From: Candidatus Babeliales bacterium
GTDB taxonomy: Bacteria > Babelota > Babeliae > Babelales > JABCYS01
Assembly (NCBI GenBank): GCA_016929235.1
Contig: JAFGJD010000001.1
Coordinates: forward strand, 1 to 32,251
Direction of reading: 5' to 3'
Length of the DNA stretch: 32,251 nucleotides
Below, piece by piece: positions 19,223-26,000 of this stretch (position 1 is the stretch's first letter; each line of letters begins with the position of its first letter). The position numbers and the translations under genes were made by a program. The notes under the pieces were generated by a model. That model made no database searches. It was not told where the DNA came from and worked only from the letters and a program-made list of their open reading frames with translations.

Positions 19223-20818
19223 ATGAAACGAATTTTACTTTGGTATGTGGTGGCGAGCGTATGGATCATGGTATGCGGGCAGAGTAAGGAGCATATTCAC
19301 ACTATTGGTGAGCAGGTGATTAATGCACATACTAAGTATGAACGGGCAGAAGCATTGGTACACGACGGGGTTGCCTTCTTAAATGAGCACTCGCTTGAAG
19401 ATTCATGTTACGCATTTTTGAATGATCTTGAGTTTATCGATGGTGATATGCAGTTATTTATTATGAATGAAGGTGGTGTGCTTTTATGCGCGCCGCCGTT
19501 TAATGCTCAAGTATGGCAGAATTTACAATCGTATAAGAATGAGCACGGTATTGTTGTTGGTGAATATTTTAGTAGGTATGCAACAGACGAGGGGAACTGG
19601 TTGCAACTTCGGTGGCACGGTGCGTATCAGTCATTTTACGTACAAAGAATAATGAAAAATAAGAAGCAGTATGTGATTGGTTCTGGGTGGGCTCCCATGA
19701 CAGGGGAAGTGGCATCTAAAGATCTAGTAAAACGCATTGTTGCCCATGCGGAACAGTATGGTAAGCATGAGACTTTTCAAGAGATTTCCAACAAGCACGG
19801 AAAGTTTGTTATAGGTGATTTATATGCCTTTGTTTATGATTTTGATGGATATTGTTTAGCAAATGGAGATGATTCTGAACTTATTGGTCAAAGGCTTATT
19901 GGTGATGAAAGAAAAGATAGAGGAATGATTCTTCAGCGAGTGATTGATCTTGCAAAAACGGAAGGTGCTGGTTGGGTTGAGTATATGTGGGAAAATGCGC
20001 CGAAGCGTGCATTTATCAAGCGTGTTCATGATATTGAGGGAGATTATTTAGTTGGAGTTGGGTACTATCCCGGAGATACAAGGGATGTTGTGCTTCGATT
20101 AGTTAGCCAGGCTGTTGATTTTTTCCAAAAACACGGGCTTGAAAAAGCTGCTGCACATTTCAACTATGATCGAGATCCTGATGTAGAGTATGGAGAGTCA
20201 CTTATATTTATGTACCGAACTGATGGATTGGTTCTTGCGCATGGTGAGGATCCTAATTTGGTTGGGCAGAATTTATTATTATTCCAAACGCCTCTTGAAC
20301 AAGAGTCGGCAAAACGCGTTATTGAAATTGCGCAAAAAGGCGGAGGTTGGGTTAAGTATCGTTGGAAGCGTAATACGTTTGTAGCGTATGTGCGTAAGGT
20401 CAGGGATGGCAAAGGAGAATACGTTATTGGTTCAGGATTTTATCCCTATAGTGAGCGACAAACTTCAGAAGATTTAGTAAAGGATGCCATTATACATATT
20501 CATAATACTAAACTTACCTCAGCGCTCAGAGATTTTCTTGTTCAAGGGGATTACAACAAAGGTTCTTATTCTGTGTCAGTTTTCAATGCACAGGGTGATT
20601 GTCTTGTTTATGGTCGAAATGCAGATATGATCTGGAGAAATTTTAAGTTGTTTAAGGATACACGTGGCGTAAATGTGTTTTCCCTTATGAAAAAGGCGGC
20701 AAAAAAAGGTGGTGGCTGGATTACCTATGAGTCTAAGAACGTACAAAAACATGTATACGTGGAGCCGGTGAAAAAGGACGGAAAATGGTTTCTTGTTTCA
20801 TCTGGATTCTACGAGTAG
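19223..20818 (+). CDS. Exported protein made of four tandem single-Cache domains, paralog B
   Basis: SD AGGAG; signal-like MKRILLWYVVASVWIMVCG. Four repeats ending GSGWAP, GVGYYP, GSGFYP and SSGFYE; contains GDLYAFVYDFDGYCLA, typical of sCache_2. Confidence 0.85.
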   Translation: MKRILLWYVVASVWIMVCGQSKEHIHTIGEQVINAHTKYERAEALVHDGVAFLNEHSLEDSCYAFLNDLEFIDGDMQLFIMNEGGVLLCAPPFNAQVWQNLQSYKNEHGIVVGEYFSRYATDEGNWLQLRWHGAYQSFYVQRIMKNKKQYVIGSGWAPMTGEVASKDLVKRIVAHAEQYGKHETFQEISNKHGKFVIGDLYAFVYDFDGYCLANGDDSELIGQRLIGDERKDRGMILQRVIDLAKTEGAGWVEYMWENAPKRAFIKRVHDIEGDYLVGVGYYPGDTRDVVLRLVSQAVDFFQKHGLEKAAAHFNYDRDPDVEYGESLIFMYRTDGLVLAHGEDPNLVGQNLLLFQTPLEQESAKRVIEIAQKGGGWVKYRWKRNTFVAYVRKVRDGKGEYVIGSGFYPYSERQTSEDLVKDAIIHIHNTKLTSALRDFLVQGDYNKGSYSVSVFNAQGDCLVYGRNADMIWRNFKLFKDTRGVNVFSLMKKAAKKGGGWITYESKNVQKHVYVEPVKKDGKWFLVSSGFYE

Positions 20819-20830
20819 GAATGTTTGAGG

Positions 20831-21441
20831 ATGAAACGATTGGAATCCGCTCTGATATTCCTAGTTTCTATACTTTTATTTCATAGAAGCGCGTGCGCAG
20901 CCGTATCAGATGTGTATGAAACGGTTGTTCCACACTGTTTGGAGCATTGCCAACGGTTGTGCAAAAAAATAACTATGCAATTTTACTGAATTTTGGTCAG
21001 TATCTCTGGGTTAAAGATGGGTGTGATGATGCAATTGAAAAAGTGATGACATGCACCTTCGTTCTGCGGTTGGAAGACACCAGCTTTCACCGTTAGGTGT
21101 TGGATTATTTTTTCGTGTTGGATGGGCTCCGAAGAACCAAAACATTATAGATCAGTTTTACAGTATTGGTTTTGGAGGATTTGGAGTATCGGGGCGGATA
21201 GATGATAGGTGGGGTATTGGTTATGCAATGACATACGTATCAAAGAATCTTAGGAACGATCTGATAACGCTTGATAATAATGATTTACATGCAAGCGAAC
21301 ATGCAATTGAGGCATTTTATAATTTACAGGTCGCGCCATCTATACATACAACATTACACATGCAGGCGATTACATCTCCGCTTACAACACAAAGTATTGC
21401 GTTTCCAATGAGCGTAACGCATACAGGTCGATTTTTTTTAG
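20831..21441 (+). pseudogene. Degraded OprB-family (carbohydrate-selective) porin
   Basis: Four colinear pieces in shifting frames: signal peptide MKRLESALIFLVSILLFHRSACA (20831); NNYAILLNFGQYLWV (about 20968); GVGLFFRVGWAP...GRIDDRWGIGY...EHAIEAFYNLQV (21051 ORF); and RIQVDFF-stop (21418..21441). Confidence 0.75.
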
Positions 21442-21457
21442 ACAAGCAGTGCAATTG

Positions 21458-21613
21458 TTATTTTTTACAGCATGTGGAGCATGTGCTTTTCTTGGAGTTG
21501 TGTTTCGTACACAATCCGCAGCATTTTTCACAGTTCTTACTGCATGTCTTAGTGCCAGAACAGCACATGCTACATGCTTTGTTGCATTTTGGACAACACT
21601 TTTTGCAAATCAT
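21458..21613 (-). CDS. Small Cys/Lys-rich metallothionein-like protein (51 aa)
   Basis: Hand translation MICKKCCPKCNKACSMCCSGTKTCSKNCEKCCGLCTKHNSKKSTCSTCCKK: 15 Cys, 12 Lys, no Phe/Tyr/Trp. SD AAGAGGAG upstream of the ATG; TAA stop. Confidence 0.78.
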   Translation of the reverse strand: MICKKCCPKCNKACSMCCSGTKTCSKNCEKCCGLCTKHNSKKSTCSTCCKK

Positions 21614-21789
21614 ATTCTTCTCCTCTTAGCATAAGAATTCCTCTTATATGAATATACTTATGAGCTTCATGTGAAACAAGAATTATGATTTGATTGTTTT
21701 AAATTATGTGAAACAGGAAGACGAAAAAGAGCAGAGTTCTCTTGGTATTGGGTACGTCAGTAGGAGATTAGGTTATTTGTTCGAAATAA

Positions 21790-21881
21790 TGGAGGAGAGA
21801 GAGGGATTCGAACCCTCGATTCCGATCTCTCGGAATAACGGTTTTCAAGACCGCCGCATTCGACCGCTCTGCCATCTCTCC
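21790..21881 (-). tRNA. tRNA-Ser(TGA)
   Basis: GGAGAGA/TCTCTCC acceptor stem, GCGGT-CTTGAAA-ACCGT anticodon arm, long variable arm, GTTCGAATC, encoded CCA. Confidence 0.96.
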
Positions 21882-21891
21882 GGTAAGGTTT

Positions 21892-21968
21892 TGGTGCGCC
21901 CAAAAGGAGTCGAACCTTTAACCTTCAGATCCGTAGTCTGATGCTCTATCCAATTGAGCTATGGGCGC
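21892..21968 (-). tRNA. tRNA-Arg(ACG)
   Basis: GCGCCCA/TGGGCGC acceptor stem, TCAGA-CTACGGA-TCTGA anticodon arm, encoded CCA. Confidence 0.97.
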
Positions 21969-21984
21969 AATATATGTCAATTTA

Positions 21985-22075
21985 TGGTGGAGAGAGAGGG
22001 ATTCGAACCCTCGTGCCCCATTTCTGAGACTCTTGCTTAGCAGGCAAGCGCTATAGACCACTCAGCCATCTCTCC
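21985..22075 (-). tRNA. tRNA-Ser(GCT)
   Basis: GGAGAGA/TCTCTCC acceptor stem, CTTGC-CTGCTAA-GCAAG anticodon arm, long variable arm, encoded CCA. Confidence 0.96.
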
Positions 22076-22182
22076 ATGCTATACTACTTGTACTACCTCT
22101 ACAAGAGAATACTGAGTATGAGGCTAGTATGCAAAAGAGAATAAGGATTCTATCATTTTATGCAAGTATAAAAAGGACTCTA

Positions 22183-22476
22183 ATGGCGCTGATGCTAACG
22201 ATAAAAGTAGTTCCAAAATCGGGGAATCCTCGATGGAAATTGGAATCATCGGGTCAATTAAAATGCTATCTCAAAAATCCCCCAGAAAAAGGGAAGGCTA
22301 ATGCCGAGCTTATCAAGCGCTTGGCTCAGGCACTCAAATTGTCGACTGAGCGTATTGTTCTGGTATCTGGTGCGACAAGCCGGATTAAGATGATTAAAGT
22401 TATTGCTGATATTACCTATGATCAGGTCCTTGAAGCCTTAGACATTGCGCAGCAAACCTCATTTTTGGTTAACTAG
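22183..22476 (+). CDS. DUF167 (YggU/UPF0235) family protein
   Basis: IKVVPKS, PPEKGKANAELI, LVSGATSRIK; start moved to ATG 22183 (SD AAGGA). Confidence 0.9.
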   Translation: MALMLTIKVVPKSGNPRWKLESSGQLKCYLKNPPEKGKANAELIKRLAQALKLSTERIVLVSGATSRIKMIKVIADITYDQVLEALDIAQQTSFLVN

Positions 22477-22525
22477 AATCATACAGGGATTTTTGTCACG
22501 GTCTGATTATGGGGGGTGTCATAGA

Positions 22526-23749
22526 ATGCCGTATTTTATCTGGAAGGGACTTGATCTTGCTGGGGAACAGCAGGAGGGCTCTTCATTTGCTGAGACATAC
22601 AAGGAGTTAGAGAATCTCTTGCTTGAGCATGATATTGCCCTTTTAGATGCTCACATTACTCAGCCGGTACAGAAGGCCTCATCCTATAAACTAAGCCGAA
22701 AAGAACTACTTAATATTCTTCAACATCTTGGGTTACTGTTAGATTCAGGTTTATTGGTTCCCGATGCTTTAGCTGTTATTGCTGCACAGATTACGACGCT
22801 TCGTATTAAAAATTTATTGGAAGATATAGGAGAGCGGGTGCAGGCAGGTGAATCGCTTGCGCAGGTTATGGAGTCGATTCCTAAGCTTTTCCCTGCTCTG
22901 ATTGTTGCTATGGTTCATGCCGGGGAAGTATCAGGTTCATTGGGGGATGCTCTCGGGCATTTGTCAGATCATCTTGAGCGCATGGAATCATTTTATAAAG
23001 CATTTCGTTCAGCCGCACTTGTTCCTCTGGTCACCCTGAGTTTTTTCATAATTATTTCGGGAGTGCTTTTGACGTGTGTTGTTCCTCATTTTGCATCAGT
23101 AATTTTGTCTGTTGGTGGTGAACTTCCCTGGAGTACTCGGCTCTTATTGAATTTGAGCGCTTGGTGTATGAGCTTCAAGCCATTGGTTGTTGTCGCAATG
23201 GTAGTCGTAGGATTGATAGGGGCTAAAATTGCCTACCTTAATGATGAACGGATTACATACTTCGTTGATCGACTAGTATTGATGGTTCCAGGCATTGGTG
23301 GTTTTACTGCTCGGGTTCAGTTGATGTCATTTTTTGCTTCATTAAGCATGTTATTAGCACGCTCGGTTTCGATTGTTAATGCACTTGAGTGTTCGGTTCA
23401 TTCAATTTCTAATCTCGTATTGCATGAACAATGTATGATGCTTAGTTCTTTGGTTTTAACAGGGAATTCCTTGAGTGATGCAGTTGGATCTTTAAATTCT
23501 TTTTGGTTTGACCAAGAAGTTAGGGCTCTTGTACGTATTGGGGAGGAGTCGAGTCGGCTTGCTCAGCTCATTGATCGAGTGGCATCCAGATATAGAGAAC
23601 ATATAGAAAATACGCTCTCTATGGTTACGCTTCTGGTGCAACCGACGCTTCTTATTTTATTAGGGGGTTTGATTGCTGCCCTCATCATGGCAATTTATGT
23701 ACCCATTTTTACCTTATCGGATACTATTGGGTTTGGTGGGGTGCGTTGA
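22526..23749 (+). CDS. Type IV pilus/type II secretion inner-membrane platform protein (PilC/GspF family)
   Basis: MPYFIWKGLD N-terminus, two T2SSF repeats (AGEVSGSL, IGEESSRL), C-terminal AIYVPIF; start moved to ATG 22526. Confidence 0.9.
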   Translation: MPYFIWKGLDLAGEQQEGSSFAETYKELENLLLEHDIALLDAHITQPVQKASSYKLSRKELLNILQHLGLLLDSGLLVPDALAVIAAQITTLRIKNLLEDIGERVQAGESLAQVMESIPKLFPALIVAMVHAGEVSGSLGDALGHLSDHLERMESFYKAFRSAALVPLVTLSFFIIISGVLLTCVVPHFASVILSVGGELPWSTRLLLNLSAWCMSFKPLVVVAMVVVGLIGAKIAYLNDERITYFVDRLVLMVPGIGGFTARVQLMSFFASLSMLLARSVSIVNALECSVHSISNLVLHEQCMMLSSLVLTGNSLSDAVGSLNSFWFDQEVRALVRIGEESSRLAQLIDRVASRYREHIENTLSMVTLLVQPTLLILLGGLIAALIMAIYVPIFTLSDTIGFGGVR

Positions 23750-23805
23750 CCCTGTGGTGCTTTTCAAGTAGTCTTGAGACGATTTTCCTTGAGGTTTTGA
23801 TTGAT

Positions 23806-23892
23806 GCCGGGATGGCGGAACTGGTAGACGCACGGGACTCAAAATCCCGCGATAGCAATATCATGTCGGTTCGACTCCGACTCCCGGCACCA
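23806..23892 (+). tRNA. tRNA-Leu(CAA)
   Basis: GCCGGGA/TCCCGGC acceptor stem, CGGGA-CTCAAAA-TCCCG anticodon arm, long variable arm, encoded CCA. Confidence 0.97.
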
Positions 23893-23912
23893 GATATTGT
23901 CGGAGCATTTCT

Positions 23913-24254
23913 ATGGCAGACCAAGATTGTATTTTTTGCAAGATTATTGCGCGAGAAGTGCCTGCACAGATTATTCAAGAAACAGAAGATATTGTCGTCA
24001 TTAAAGATATTGCTCCCAAAGCACCTGTGCATTATTTGATCATTCCGAAGAAACATATTCGCGATTTGCGTGTATTAGAGCCTTGTGATTATAATGTTGT
24101 ATCCAATTTATTATTAATGGCACAGCGATTAGCAAAAGATCTTCCTCAGCCAGGTGCATTTAATTTAGTATCCAATAATGGTCGCGAAGCTGGTCAGCAA
24201 GTGCATCATATTCACTTCCACTTTCTCGCTGGCAAACAATTTCCGAGTCTATAA
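23913..24254 (+). CDS. HIT (histidine triad) nucleotide-binding protein
   Basis: DCIFCKII, DIAPKAPVHYLIIPKKH, AGQQVHHIHFH. Confidence 0.95.
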   Translation: MADQDCIFCKIIAREVPAQIIQETEDIVVIKDIAPKAPVHYLIIPKKHIRDLRVLEPCDYNVVSNLLLMAQRLAKDLPQPGAFNLVSNNGREAGQQVHHIHFHFLAGKQFPSL

Positions 24255-24305
24255 ATTATTTAGGTTCTTTGGTAGAGTGCCTCCACACGGTAGATAGGAG
24301 ATTAG

Positions 24306-25904
24306 ATGCACGCGTTGGTTATTCTTTTTAGCGTTTTGTTTTCATGTTTTTCAACGGTAATCATGGCGTACATTTCTATGGCAACACCGATTGGGCCATG
24401 GATTGCAACGACCGTCGTTTTACTTGCTTCGCTAGTTATGAGATTTTTTATTCGCGATGTCCAACGCAGTGCGGCACTTGGATATGTAACGATGGCGTCG
24501 TCTATTGGTGGTATTGCGGCAACGGCTGTTGGTTTTTCTTTTCCTGCGATTCATTTTTTAGTGCCAGAACAATTTGCATTGTGGATGCATTCTCCTGTGT
24601 GGTTTATATCAATTGTTGGAGGAATTACGTTGGCCGGGGGGTTGATGGGGTTATGGTTTGCTGGTGTTGTGGAAGATGATCTCCTGTATTCTCAGCAGCT
24701 ATCATTTCCCATTGGACAATTGGTTCATAAAATGATTATTGCTCAAGAAGGCATTCGTAAATCATATGAATTAATTATCGGATTTTTTTCTACGATTCTA
24801 TTTCACGTTGTGCAGAGTGGTATTGGAATTTTTTCACGTGTTGCATGGTTGTTGCCCCGTTCGTTGACCTTGCTGCCTAAGGTCGATTTAGGGGGCTTTT
24901 CTTTGCCTGTAATTCGTTTTGATATATGGCCGCTTGTGTGGGCAATTGGTTTCGTAACAGGCCATGTTATTATGGTTCCCCTTGGCGTTGGAGCTCTTGC
25001 GCAAATTGGCATTATTGGTCCCGTTCATGCTTGGTTCTTTTCTCATATTTCATTTAGTGATTTTGTGCTTGCATTTGCGAGTGGGATGGTGCTTATTAGT
25101 GCCGTGCAAGGAATGATTAAAACGCCCAAATCATTATGGTATACGGTCCGTCGATGGTTCTCGGAGCGCACAGTTTTGCATCGAAATCTTAGATCATTTG
25201 TTTCGTTTGAGATTGCGTTGATTATAGGCATTGTGGTTGGTTTGTTATCATATTTCCAATTTTCACTTGTAACACAAATGTATCTTATTGTTGGAACACT
25301 GGTATGTACATATCAGATATCAGTTATTGCAGGGAAAATTGGGCTTGCGCAGTTGGGACGATTTGCAACTTTTGTAATGGTACCAGCCTTAGTTGGCTTA
25401 CGTGTGACATTTGTACAGGCTATTATTATTGCGACGTTTGTGGAAATATGTGGGGGGGTAGCGGTTGATGTTTTATTTGGAAGAAAAACTGCATCTCTTT
25501 TGAAATTAAATAGAGTCCTTGTTAAACGTTATCAGCTACTTGGGCTTGGTGTTGCGACTCTGGTGGTTGGTGGAGTTATATGGCTTTTAATTACACGATT
25601 TGGCCTGGGAACCGATGAACTTTTTGTACAACGAGCCTATGCACGAGCTTTATTAGTACAATCAGGTTCTGTTGATCTGAAGGTGCTGGGCCTGGGGTGT
25701 CTGTTCGGCTACGTGATTTCGTTACTTCGCATGAGTCCTATGTTGGTCCTTGGTGGCGTACTGATGCCGTTTAATCTTACGCTTGGATTAGTTGCCGGTG
25801 GTTGTATGACATTGCTTACCAAAGACAGAGAGTCGTGGTATCCGTTCTGGTCAGGAGTCTTTGCTGCCGGATCATTGTGGATGTTGGTACAAGCGTTGTG
25901 GTGA
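24306..25904 (+). CDS. OPT/YSL-family oligopeptide transporter (divergent)
   Basis: 532 aa, highly hydrophobic multi-pass protein; GFSFPAI and LSFPIGQ segments resemble OPT-family motifs; SD AGGAG. Confidence 0.65.
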   Translation: MHALVILFSVLFSCFSTVIMAYISMATPIGPWIATTVVLLASLVMRFFIRDVQRSAALGYVTMASSIGGIAATAVGFSFPAIHFLVPEQFALWMHSPVWFISIVGGITLAGGLMGLWFAGVVEDDLLYSQQLSFPIGQLVHKMIIAQEGIRKSYELIIGFFSTILFHVVQSGIGIFSRVAWLLPRSLTLLPKVDLGGFSLPVIRFDIWPLVWAIGFVTGHVIMVPLGVGALAQIGIIGPVHAWFFSHISFSDFVLAFASGMVLISAVQGMIKTPKSLWYTVRRWFSERTVLHRNLRSFVSFEIALIIGIVVGLLSYFQFSLVTQMYLIVGTLVCTYQISVIAGKIGLAQLGRFATFVMVPALVGLRVTFVQAIIIATFVEICGGVAVDVLFGRKTASLLKLNRVLVKRYQLLGLGVATLVVGGVIWLLITRFGLGTDELFVQRAYARALLVQSGSVDLKVLGLGCLFGYVISLLRMSPMLVLGGVLMPFNLTLGLVAGGCMTLLTKDRESWYPFWSGVFAAGSLWMLVQALW

Positions 25905-26000
25905 CATTTGCATATTACTTATTGTATTCGAAACCATTGTTGAGTTTATTCTTGTCTACTAGTCTAATACGCATTGATCATACTGCAGTTATGATTTTGA

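Noticed and set aside
21458..21613. Cys-rich peptide as a RiPP precursor or chlamydial OmcA-like lipoprotein
   Set aside because: No leader/core division, no maturase in the window, and no signal peptide or lipobox.
21051..21634. 192-aa and 61-aa plus-strand ORFs as intact genes
   Set aside because: The first is a porin fragment reading through into the antisense of the Cys-rich gene; the second is entirely that antisense.
17548..21790. Genomic island integrated at the tRNA-Ser(TGA) 3' end
   Set aside because: Accessory-looking content abuts the tRNA, but I found no integrase and no duplicated tRNA 3' end by eye.
21690..21941. 83-aa ORF; likewise the ORFs at 23724..24056 and 23746..24039
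   Set aside because: They overlap clear tRNA genes and are spurious.
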